Source: Candidatus Woesearchaeota archaeon (GTDB lineage Archaea > Nanobdellota > Nanobdellia > Pacearchaeales > GW2011-AR1). Taken from it: a stretch of DNA of 47,462 nt. Below, one piece after another: positions 21,701-27,861 of the stretch (its first letter is position 1; each line of letters opens with the position of its first letter). The DNA lies in the NCBI GenBank assembly GCA_964365855.1, contig CAYIRC010000003.1:2629-50090 (forward strand), written 5' to 3'. Below the pieces are notes generated by a model, which worked only from the letters and a program-made list of their open reading frames with translations, searched no databases and had not been told where the DNA came from. Made by a program: the position numbers and the translations under genes.

Positions 21701-24700
21701 ACCACTGCCTAAACTTACTGGCTCTGTTTCACTTCCATATGTAGCCGCTGAGCTACCTGTCCACAATCCTCCTTTGCCGCCATAGGAAGCGCCCCGACCA
21801 CCGCCACCAGGAGTACCTGGTCCAAGCTTAACGGGGAATCCTAAACCATCACCATCCAAAACACTGGTACTTGTAATAGTTATATTCCCACTCGTATTAA
21901 TCCAAACCCCTCGTCCGTCAGAAGTCTTGTTCCAGCATGTTGAAGGATTTGTTGCATTGTAAAAGCAATCTCCGTAGATTGTAATATTATAACCATTGGT
22001 ATTAAAGTTTCCTAAAACATTTGTAACATTAGTTCCATCTCCATCATAATCTCCTCCAAGCAATCCAATATTTCCTGTCAAACTCCAATCACCAGGCCAT
22101 GTGTTGTTTGTGAAAGTGAGGGTCCCGTGTTTAGCAGCACCAGCTCCCGAGACAGAGACTGTTCCAGTCACATTCATTGAACTTCCATATTCCAGTCTTA
22201 TTCTTCCGCCGCCACCTGACAATGATGTGGGACTATTTCCATCTGCTTTAATGGCTCCTGTAATTGCTATATTATCTGCTTTTAGCCAAATAGAGCCACC
22301 AGCCCCTCCATAGTCGTTTGAATTACGTATAGCAGAGAAATTAAAAATACCTTTTATATCTATAAGTTCATTTGCAAAAAGTTTAATAGCAGAGCCCCCT
22401 TCATTATCTTGGCCGCCGCTTCCTAAACTTGTAGGAGCACTTGCATTTCCATAAGGTTGCTTTGTAGTAGACCCAGCTGCCCCAACTCCACCATGACTTG
22501 CACCAAAGGCATGAGCTCCAGGTCCAATTAATTTAGTAAACCCCAGCCCCACCCCATCAATCTTCCCACTCACCCCAACACTAATATTCCCTTCCACACT
22601 TCTCCACTCCTGCCCATGCCCATCTGCAGTAATATTCTTCATTCCTAAAGCAGAATCATTATAAGCATCGCCGTATATCTTCATCGTTCCGTTATTGATA
22701 ATAATATTATTTGTAACATTCCATAATTGAGTTCCTTGCCAGCTTCCCCATGTTCCTTGTGCAAATAAGGGCTGGAAATAAATTGTTCCAGTATAACTTT
22801 CATTAACAGTAAACGAATTAAGGTTTTGAGGCATTGTGTTGTTTGTTATATTAACACTAGCTAACCCAGTTGAATTAAACACTAAACTATCGCCAGGAGC
22901 AGGAGCTCTTCCCAAACTCCAGCACGACGCATTATTGAAATATTGTGTTCCAGTTGTGCAATTCCATAAATTAATTCCAGGTGAACAACTTCCACTCACA
23001 TAAATTGCAGCAGGATTAAATGTTGCTTTTGTTGTATCGCTTCCAAAACAATTTGTATAGCTTAATGTTATTGTTCCATTTACATTCGTATCGCTCATAT
23101 TTAATTTTGAAGCATTATAAATCCCGCTCAAAATCATCAATGGCGCAGTAATATTAATTCTCTGCCCCCAATCAGCCCCATTAGAACCATTTTTTCCAGC
23201 AACAGAAATATTTCCTGAACTTGTGATTGAAGTTGTTGCATTTATGAAAACAGTGCCGCCGGAACCTGATTGTGAAGAATAACCTGTATTAATTCCTCCG
23301 AGATTATTAATTATTCCAGTAAAACTTATTGTTCCTGTTGAGGTTAATGCTATTCTTCCACCTGCACCAGCATATCTAGAAGCAGCATTGCCATTTGACC
23401 CTCCGGACGCATTCAATGTTCCTGAGCCAGATATATTATTTGCCTTTAACCAGATGCTTCCACCTGCACCACGATGTTCACTTCCTGAAGGGTCATTCAT
23501 AACTAAAACTCCATTTAAGAAAAGGGTTCCTAAAGATTCAAGTTTGATAGCAGAACCGCCAGCAATATCACCGCCTCCACTCCCTAAACTTACTGGCTCT
23601 GTTTCGCTTCCATAAGTTGATTTTGTATTTAAAGCACCTCTTCCGCCATATGTTCCTCCTACTCCTGAACCAGCACCAGGTCCAACATTAGCTGGAAATC
23701 CCAACAACTGCCCATTCAAAACACTCCCGCTTGTGATTGTTATATTCCCACTTGCATTAATCCAAACACCTCTGCCGTCGCTTGTCTTATTATAGCAAAG
23801 TAAAGGATTATTTTTATTGCTATAACAATCTCCTTGAATAGATATATTATAATTATTTGTATTAAAATTCCCTAAAACATTTGTAACATTTCCATCACCA
23901 AAATTCCCGCCAAGCAACCTAATATTTCCTGTTAAATTCCAGTCACTGGGCCAGGTATTGTTTGTGAATGTTAACGAACCTAAACCTTGACCTCCATTAA
24001 TTGATATTACACCGTTAAACAACATTGTACTACCATACTCCAGCCTTATTCTTCCGCCACTTCCAACATATACTGTTCCACCACCATTTGAAATTAATGC
24101 GCCATTTCCAGAGATGTTATTTGCCTTTAGCCAGATGCTTCCTCCAGCCCCAGTTCTATCAGTTGTTCCCGATCCAGAAACATTTATAGACCCCTTAGTC
24201 TCAATTAAATCAGAAGCATGTAATTTAATTCCGCTTCCCCCGGCTGTATTTAAGCCCCCACTGCCCAAGCTTGTCGGAGCAGAAGCATTTCCATATTGGT
24301 CAGCGCCACCACCATACCTGCCTCCATCATATGCGTTTGAACCTCCGGGTCCAGTTGACTCCAGAAATCCCAACCCCACCCCATCCAACTGCGCCCAACT
24401 TCCAATTGTTATATTTCCGCCAACTGACCTCCATTCCTGCCCATGCCCATCTGAAGTAATATTCCTCATTCCTAAAGCAGTATCATTATAAGCATCTCCA
24501 TAAATCTTCATTGTCCCATTATTAATTATAATATTATTAGTCACATTCCAAAGCTGTGTCCCACTCCATGAGCCCCAAGTTCCCTGTGCAAATAAGGGCT
24601 GGAAATAAATTGTTCCAGTATAACTTTCATTAACAGTAAACGAATTAAGGTTTTGAGGCATTGTGTTGTTTGTTATATTAACACTAGCTAACCCAGTTGA

Positions 24701-26596
24701 ATTAAATACAACATCATCATATGCTTGGGGAACTCTTCCAAGTGTCCAGCAAGAAGTATTTGTCCAGTATTGTGTGCCAGAAGTGCAATTCCAAACATTT
24801 GTCAATGCACTTGCATTCGGCAATCCAATATTATATAAAAGCAAAATCTCACTCGCATTCAAGGCGCGATTGTAAATTGCGAGTTCGTCCATTAGGCCGT
24901 TGAACCAGGTATCACTACTTGTATAAATATCAGATACAATATATATTGGCTGGTTGTTGCTTAAATCTCCTGTAGTAGTATCACTAACATTATTCTTTAA
25001 GATACCATCAACATAAATATACAATAAATCTGTACCAGTATCACGGACTCCAACCAAATGATGCCATTGATTCGCGCTGATAGCATCTGGACTTTCAGCC
25101 GTAGGATTATTAGTACCATCATAAATAACCAAACTAGGTATTAAAGTATTACTTAACCTTATCTCAAAAGGATAGGGATTGCCTGATAGCGGTTTTGATA
25201 TTAATCTTATTGTTGTTCCTTTTTGATTTGAATTAGGATTTACCCACATTGAAATTGAATAATTACTTATATTGGTAAAATTTAATGATGCACTATGACT
25301 AATTTGTATCTTATCATCAACACCATCAAACTCCACAGCCCCGAGCTGTTTCCCCGATGAACTCCAAACAGGATTGAAATTGAAATTTGTAAGAGTTCCA
25401 TTATTCTGCGGAACAGATGGGCTCCAATCCCGAGCAACAGTTGTTGTTAATCCCGACTCATTAAACGGCATGTCAAGAACAAGGCCATTTGTGTTGTCAT
25501 CACACCTCATCTTGTATCCTGGCGTGTTGTTCGCAGCAGTTATGTTTGCTGCATTCACCGAGCAGTTCAAGATAAGGACTTCGTCAATTGTGCCATTGAA
25601 AAGTTGAGAAGTAGCAGAATTATACCTTCGCCCTATATTTAAATTTCTTGAATTATTAAAATCAGAACCTGTTGCAGTGCCAGAATTAGTTCCCTCGCTA
25701 ATACCATTAATATATAATAATGCATTTGTAGAATTATAAACAGATACAACATGATACCATATTCCTGTTTGAGTAACAGTAGTTCCAAGCATGCCTCTTA
25801 CTCCGCCAGAAGTTCTAGTATAAAACTCAATTTTACCAGTAGTGCCTGTATATCTTAATTCCCAACCAGGTTCCAAATTAACATCTCCTTTTGTTGCAAT
25901 CATTGCATAATTCGGAAAAGAGTCTGCTTTAACCCAAGCTGAAATTGTAATACTCCCAGTTATATTCAAGCTGGCATTATTTCCCAAATTAACATAATCA
26001 TCCACTCCATCAAACCTCAAGGCATTCCCTTGCTTGCTGTTTGCAGTCCATGGACTTCCATAACCAGTCCCGTTATTGTTGTTTCCTGAAAAATCATAAA
26101 CCCATGTATCATTCTCGCCTTTTGTTGTATCGCGGTTAAAATGATACAAAGCAACCAGCCCAGTTTCAGCCGCAGGATTAATTTCAGGGTCAATAATATG
26201 GTCAAAAACAAATGTGCCATCCAGCATTTTCAAGTCAAAGGTGCTTTGGCTGTAGTTGGTGTTATTTGAACCTACAGGGCCAGTCAAGTTTGTCAAATAT
26301 ATTTTGTAATACGCCCCACCACTCGCATAATCCCCAATCCCGCTAAACTCTGCAATCTTCGTAGTTCCATTCAATTCATACACCCCAATTTTCCCACTGC
26401 TCAAAATCGCATCAGAGGAGTAATTTACCAGCCACCCATAACCGGAGCTCGCAAGCTCGCTCTCAAGCTGCGAAAGTTCAGATTGCAAATCCTGCTGGCC
26501 CTGTGCAAAGGCAAACAGGGCATATGCTATGAGCATTAAAGAGAATAGAATCACTCCTCCGGCAATTCGATTTTTTATTGCTCTTTTATTTTTCAT
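9719..26596 (-). CDS. Giant (5625 aa) surface protein fused to a cytoplasmic HerA/FtsK/VirB4-like (DUF87-type) ATPase
   Basis: Signal peptide, two LamG domains (FDGVDD..WxHxV..IDEV/MDEL), three ~610-630 aa Gly-rich modules, beta-helix, Ig-like arrays, CGNGLCE..C..DC, TM, GSTGSGKT, VYDEVH, ISQ, coiled coil. Confidence 0.9.
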   Translation of the reverse strand: MKNKRAIKNRIAGGVILFSLMLIAYALFAFAQGQQDLQSELSQLESELASSGYGWLVNYSSDAILSSGKIGVYELNGTTKIAEFSGIGDYASGGAYYKIYLTNLTGPVGSNNTNYSQSTFDLKMLDGTFVFDHIIDPEINPAAETGLVALYHFNRDTTKGENDTWVYDFSGNNNNGTGYGSPWTANSKQGNALRFDGVDDYVNLGNNASLNITGSITISAWVKADSFPNYAMIATKGDVNLEPGWELRYTGTTGKIEFYTRTSGGVRGMLGTTVTQTGIWYHVVSVYNSTNALLYINGISEGTNSGTATGSDFNNSRNLNIGRRYNSATSQLFNGTIDEVLILNCSVNAANITAANNTPGYKMRCDDNTNGLVLDMPFNESGLTTTVARDWSPSVPQNNGTLTNFNFNPVWSSSGKQLGAVEFDGVDDKIQISHSASLNFTNISNYSISMWVNPNSNQKGTTIRLISKPLSGNPYPFEIRLSNTLIPSLVIYDGTNNPTAESPDAISANQWHHLVGVRDTGTDLLYIYVDGILKNNVSDTTTGDLSNNQPIYIVSDIYTSSDTWFNGLMDELAIYNRALNASEILLLYNIGLPNASALTNVWNCTSGTQYWTNTSCWTLGRVPQAYDDVVFNSTGLASVNITNNTMPQNLNSFTVNESYTGTIYFQPLFAQGTWGSWSGTQLWNVTNNIIINNGTMKIYGDAYNDTALGMRNITSDGHGQEWRSVGGNITIGSWAQLDGVGLGFLESTGPGGSNAYDGGRYGGGADQYGNASAPTSLGSGGLNTAGGSGIKLHASDLIETKGSINVSGSGTTDRTGAGGSIWLKANNISGNGALISNGGGTVYVGSGGRIRLEYGSTMLFNGVISINGGQGLGSLTFTNNTWPSDWNLTGNIRLLGGNFGDGNVTNVLGNFNTNNYNISIQGDCYSNKNNPLLCYNKTSDGRGVWINASGNITITSGSVLNGQLLGFPANVGPGAGSGVGGTYGGRGALNTKSTYGSETEPVSLGSGGGDIAGGSAIKLESLGTLFLNGVLVMNDPSGSEHRGAGGSIWLKANNISGSGTLNASGGSNGNAASRYAGAGGRIALTSTGTISFTGIINNLGGINTGYSSQSGSGGTVFINATTSITSSGNISVAGKNGSNGADWGQRINITAPLMILSGIYNASKLNMSDTNVNGTITLSYTNCFGSDTTKATFNPAAIYVSGSCSPGINLWNCTTGTQYFNNASCWSLGRAPAPGDSLVFNSTGLASVNITNNTMPQNLNSFTVNESYTGTIYFQPLFAQGTWGSWQGTQLWNVTNNIIINNGTMKIYGDAYNDSALGMKNITADGHGQEWRSVEGNISVGVSGKIDGVGLGFTKLIGPGAHAFGASHGGVGAAGSTTKQPYGNASAPTSLGSGGQDNEGGSAIKLFANELIDIKGIFNFSAIRNSNDYGGAGGSIWLKADNIAITGAIKADGNSPTSLSGGGGRIRLEYGSSMNVTGTVSVSGAGAAKHGTLTFTNNTWPGDWSLTGNIGLLGGDYDGDGTNVTNVLGNFNTNGYNITIYGDCFYNATNPSTCWNKTSDGRGVWINTSGNITITSTSVLDGDGLGFPVKLGPGTPGGGGRGASYGGKGGLWTGSSAATYGSETEPVSLGSGSFSGTSLPGEFGGSAVVLQSSGNIVANGTINMRGTSQWAGGSGGSVLLKASTISGTANINVTGGSGSETGGGGGRIALISTGAIEFSGVISSRGGNGPYSITSPGSGGTVYINATTSITHSGNISVVGYNGSLGADWGQRINITSPLLTLSGIYNASKLNMSDTNVNGTITLSYTNCFGSDTTKATFAPAAIYVSGSCSPGTNLWNCTSGTQYFNNASCWSLGRAPAPGDSLVFNSTGLASVNITNNTMPQNLNSFTVNESYGSGTIYFQPLFAQGTWGTWAGTQLWNVTNNIYIGNGTMKIYGDAYNDTALGMRNITADGHGQEWRSVSGNISIGVSGKMNGVGLGFTKLIGPGGSTTGGTYGGKGGSEQYVPSIYGNASAPTSLGSGGGNSAAGSAIKLQGDSVIIDGSVNMSGVTNGNSGSGGSIWLKANNISGSGILNAFGGHTTTEWAGGGGRIRLEYRNSMSYTGKINLFESSPFSGKSGSLTFTNNTWPGDWNLTGNIGLLGGNYGEGNVTNVLGNFNTNGYNMTIYGDCFYNATNPVTCYNKTDDGRGVWINASSNITITSGSVLDGVGLGFPANVGPGNGNNNAGGTYGGKGRNANKNTYGSETEPVSLGSGGGSSNAGNFAGSAIKLESLDKIVVNGLIDMKSTSDVLNSGSGGSIWIKANNISGTGILNASSGFISDDYYAGGGGRIALISTGNISFSGIINNKGGLSNYPGSGGTVYINASTSITSSGNISVVGYNGTSAGGSDWGQRINITAPLLTLSGIYNASRINASVAGTSEGQITLNYTDCGSSFNNAIFNPDAVIYQTTCTGTTAGMGACGELNWTNHVYYLQNDVNTTGTCFNVTANSVTLDCQGYMVNYSTSNLGGNPGYGVYSNKNFTNVRNCRIIDSLGPANTLNRHAVYYRNALNGIIQNNTINISSSYLSVQKAIYLLSSDNAFVANNTLNLRADSQYGIYEENTNNSIIQQNVISTLSSSIFGVYLINSSNNSFSGNRINNSQENAFYIFGVFQHYNNTLDSTNLVEGLPLNYTFAQNNLVFEGIDNSYGQVIVAWSNNITVQNSNFSADGVAMFYSNNSRILNSNITTSVGNAIYLYSSPNATINNSRINILNPNKGVQLISSSSSSITNNIIRGLSGGQSNGNGIYLSSSNYSRLDNNTISTSGANAVHGIYFVSSSNSNITNSNISTSGTYSTDPSGAIYLTSSSNANNIINSTITNSRAGVSGIWISGSSNNYIEKLAVANTWGDAAYGLRISGNAYDNLFRNLNINSSGGGTSYGIYINTNKVNATIENGIINVYNSTSNPVDIYADTALTAGSYLKLLNVTFNKSDTSINDADFTLYNLYYLDVNVTSTAGSALSGANVTGQYVNGTTAFSELTAANGFITRQNLTEYTQNTTGTFYVTPYNVTTIASGYSINITSVNLTTNIQDDVIMQLVSAGMINGSSIGLTTGKIYVNHNESVNLTLNIPASSYTGSSLSKVWAEIKRPDGAYANVTLRNSSVEIWNATYSTSGRLGDYNVTFKANLTNSQMLFENVYSNFSVQNTSIKITPQSLIVNTTDIVPVSGLIKRWNGSDSWAIGNNRFVMKLNGVTVSSDMLGDTSFTAGNGTSVNISSVVKLNLTSASGGMSYNDNYSTNKYVTDAYNYSSIGYAGTGDGRIFEVDSMTSNIGNITYRYTSPTAFYNASVNVLTASTGNDGNGNTSIWYSYNATSWNLMNSSTSIGAMIRGSAPVNGRNEFYVMLKSVANTATGAENPISEYNISYTQWQYNSSGNFVSRAIDLANMTYTVLKWDQNTSEQTIKVQLRESDDNVTWTDWSSNFTNNLDNSITSYSKRYLQYKAIFETTNFNVTPILYAVNISYFNATTNSSGGYDYNITIPTDALGILPLEISVVQNPNTGIVGANSTNITVWARTDIPYAVTKNYTGSLSQYIVYPNFTRTDTNGVINGSVTITIYKAGYSTNYTCSGGVLCTYSYAWTVATNPTYGNYTINITANNETGYYRNASVSYLDYLEQRNTSGNIGSNNKVISDLQAGVDYSYLWNVTINNTGNASMNSAYIWAAAKSGDVKNVTQITPCSKVWPGQSCNAIMNITVDGNTGGRGGGSGVDPLYITWRGNWSDNDGSIAGGATYIQATSYINVSLNATMALSAYSSNWTVQQGRSQNFSFLVQSIGTDTVTEITLSFVNETLPFSWVNITPSTYAGLIAGTSFSASVNISVPLYTSPGNYTGNVSVVSANAGSKNLTIRVEVPTNTSWYLTPSTNLTYNKTFGLSTAGEIGNFSVVNTGNVNMTFAITYSQGTLTGEEDYTLYSGLFEENKNVNGLVYNPTLINATKGSNTTITLYQNGWSQQELSNVVVNMNIANASASPISVNVKDAFWIVPAPPQITGIWFLLDGAYGTKAEVNKNVTIKFRATDAIGLNLTGNSINVTRGGIDTIIAAIPLNSTAGEFTGGQYKTVLNYTGNFTPLTSGVYYAYATVYSTGAKKNTSIAYNFTAYGTTSINFNENISDLNISRIDKTNNYMVYVNYSLNNTGNINAYDVNLTLANSSIDIIMSLNNYSFGTVGLGSSQSKIVQINVSKLTWPGTYSVTASLRYMHADTSIETTARTLTLNVLSNKSISFDSSIVNISVLSGSSNWSALAINNTGNDNLTGMNLVCVSGEVCTGFTITFNESNFAIARNGSRIVNINSTAGSGKSAGTYSGIINVTEQNISRTINISIVVPESLTWSASPLLINSTKAAGQSGTIREITISNTGNVNITFLLNSTNSSIVVPNMSSIEVPLNANRSFMVNYTSPSADGSYITIITMTNSSAIPVQINVSVNLTATNLNISIIYPTSVNQITGATAGSAIQILANATFSGDVVSSDSVWSAIIGGSSCSSLSAVYSSSNVWWNITCTAPSITNGMTYNLTLTLTHAVYGEVSKISANSIAYRDVTPPVFNSIARNSIEKSSYINLSANVTDNVAVDKVIATVTSPNGTISNYTLTLSNGQLYNLSSFILNSAGEYIVNYSANDTTGNVNTTEDWFEVYDRYNWALIMIDYNNNPVAGVNISLARLNKTNVLVNNITGSDGRTTLSVNKMNYDLHALISGDKVIVRNVNLTNITNSGISLNMHKMNGNDLAEVISLYKPFIGISLNSTNLSTNTVNVIFNYTGYSYDEASQLAVVKCADWNYSLRKCNGGWSAIVSSIDRDTKQVTGNSTGFSSYFLAEKKCGNGLCETTYGETTSTCSNDCPTLTVSLPASSSGGGGGLGSGDLSKIENLIKSSVNIAGIKVEITSIYKELFAGDSSSFRMKFVNTLNSKSIMSLEATGDIQPFIFFETSTIELEPNEIRDVLVKIVIPKFQKPTEYDGTILFKSGDKQGEIPVTIKVLSPEGKLLDVKIQPLQERVAPGDVLRYQLDLLNLGKTKRIDVQFDMQMLDAETGALVGRQEEAFAVETSTSMIKEFKVPSDTPLGKYLLKGTAYYSSLEEENQQASSIAYVNVNYSIFKMRIVGIELWIYLVALLIIGLIVGAFYYLRYIEWQKRRFRMKVEFNKLPQAGPNSAFVGKVAETGIRAFIDLNKLQMHTFVAGSTGSGKTVAAQDIIEAALVNKKSVIVFDPTAQWTGFLRKCEDSGMLKRYGFFDMKTGEARAFDGSIKTIHDPYEMIDIKKYMNRPGEITVFNISHLTPKEIDIVVASTIDQIFKSEPDENKELKTLIVYDEVHRLLPKFGGTGQGFIQLERGAREFRKWGIGLVLISQVLSDFVGEIKANIGTEVQMGTRYEGDLERVNMKYGEDILKSVVKEPIGTGMVVNAEFNLGKPYFIAFRPLLHSTRRLSNNELKNYEKYFDIVEDLDYQVEELKKEKVDVLDLELELKLAKSKIKSGQFQMADMYLESLTPKFDDAWKKLGKRVRHFVAKKVEKSEVEKAISEAEKERAEYIKKNPEVKISISEELDKIKRAIADKKKSKNTANVENKFSDLQNRLKGIKKVDRKDAEGVQQEIEELKKEVDKL
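19250..24803 (-). repeat. Three tandem ~1.85-kb intragenic modules
   Basis: Modules start at WNCT(S/T)G near 24800, 22975 and 21097; identical blocks 24585-24706=22758-22879 and 22854-22953=20976-21075. Confidence 0.9.
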
Positions 26597-27144
26597 TCTC
26601 TTAATATCTCCTTAACTTTATTTACAAAATCAGCAGTTTTACTGCGCATATCCTCAGCTAAGGAAATATCAAAACTCTCATCAACCCGATAGCTCGCTTT
26701 CTCCCTTATTTCCTTAGAGCTTGCAATAAACTCAATTTCCTCGCATTTTACATTAAAATTATCAATAACAATCTGCATATCTTCTTTATTCAATAAATTC
26801 CTTTTATGATAATAAATATAAGTCAATGCGGAAATTGAAGCAAGATGGTTTTTAGACTCAAACCCCGCTTTGGAAATTAAAGCCAGAACAGAATGGTAAA
26901 TTGCATAATAATAAATAACAACGCACCAGTCATAAAATGATTTTCCCCTAAGTTTCTTCTTAATAGAATACTTATGCTCTGATAAAACAAAATTCCCAAA
27001 TTCAAGATTATTTAGAGATTTATTTAAATGCTTTTTAAATAAAGCAGGGTTTGTCTTTTTAATTAGCTGCCTTTTAATAAAAAAATTAAAAACTTCCTTG
27101 CAATACTCCCTATTTTCAATTAATTTATCAATTTCAATTTTCAT
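26593..27144 (-). CDS. HEPN-domain protein (probable start 27144 after GGAGGTGA; ORF track starts 27159)
   Basis: YYAIYHSVLAL...SKNH...REKASY; follows an MNT gene; stop overlaps the giant gene's ATG (ATGA). Confidence 0.85.
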   Translation of the reverse strand: MKIEIDKLIENREYCKEVFNFFIKRQLIKKTNPALFKKHLNKSLNNLEFGNFVLSEHKYSIKKKLRGKSFYDWCVVIYYYAIYHSVLALISKAGFESKNHLASISALTYIYYHKRNLLNKEDMQIVIDNFNVKCEEIEFIASSKEIREKASYRVDESFDISLAEDMRSKTADFVNKVKEILRE

Positions 27145-27195
27145 TTTATGAAGATTCACCTCCTAAAGCGAATATTTGAAAAGTTTGAAAAATTT

Positions 27196-27789
27196 TCATT
27201 CCAAAAACCTCCATAACAATCTGTAATAATATTCAGTTCCCAAAACAATAATTACATTCTGCCTTATTTCCCTTGAAAAGTCATGCTCTTTGTTTAGAAA
27301 ATTTTTCTCAAAATTCTTATAATTAATATAAACAGGGCTTATTTTTGTATTAGTCCTCATGCTGATTCTTTTTGCAGTATTCTCAATGTCTTTCTCATCT
27401 TCAACTTTTTGAAAAACAAGCAATACATCAATATCTGACTCTTTAGTGAAATTTCCTGCCGCATATGAGCCAAAGATTAATGCAATTAAGGGTTTGGTTT
27501 CAAGCTCTTCCAAAAATTCAATTGCTGCACCTTGAATTTTAACAGGCAATAAGATAAATTTCTCAGTATTAACCTGCTTGAGATAAGCAATGCTCTTTTC
27601 GCTCTCTCTTAGCATAAACTTAACTAAATTTGCCTCTTTTTCTTTTCTTACAACTTTTTCCTTGCTTAAAATTTCCAAAAATCTCTTTACATTAGGCAGT
27701 CCAGAATTCACTAATCTGGAAATTTCCCTTAGGTGAACTCCTTTTTTATTCCTTTCCAATTCTGCGATTATTTTTAGTTTAGTTTCCAT
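27196..27789 (-). CDS. wHTH + minimal nucleotidyltransferase (MNT antitoxin)
   Basis: HLREISR wHTH; FGSYAAG....SDIDVL. Confidence 0.9.
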   Translation of the reverse strand: METKLKIIAELERNKKGVHLREISRLVNSGLPNVKRFLEILSKEKVVRKEKEANLVKFMLRESEKSIAYLKQVNTEKFILLPVKIQGAAIEFLEELETKPLIALIFGSYAAGNFTKESDIDVLLVFQKVEDEKDIENTAKRISMRTNTKISPVYINYKNFEKNFLNKEHDFSREIRQNVIIVLGTEYYYRLLWRFLE

Positions 27790-27805
27790 TTTGTTGTTAA
27801 TAATT

Positions 27806-27834
27806 TATTATCATTTGATAATATTATATTATCA
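27806..27834. promoter_or_regulatory. Putative operator of the MNT-HEPN pair
   Basis: TATTATCA-tt-TGATAATA-tta-TATTATCA alternating half-sites next to a TATA-like box. Confidence 0.5.
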
Positions 27835-27861
27835 TTACTTATAAATTTAATTATTTGAAAA

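Noticed and set aside
19250-24803. Diversity-generating retroelement behind the module variation
   Set aside because: No reverse transcriptase in the window; differences include indels and do not look adenine-specific.
8770-25607. Many plus-strand ORFs of 60-170 aa opposite the giant and coiled-coil genes
   Set aside because: Antisense shadow frames with no motifs. They also show that open antisense frames are common here.
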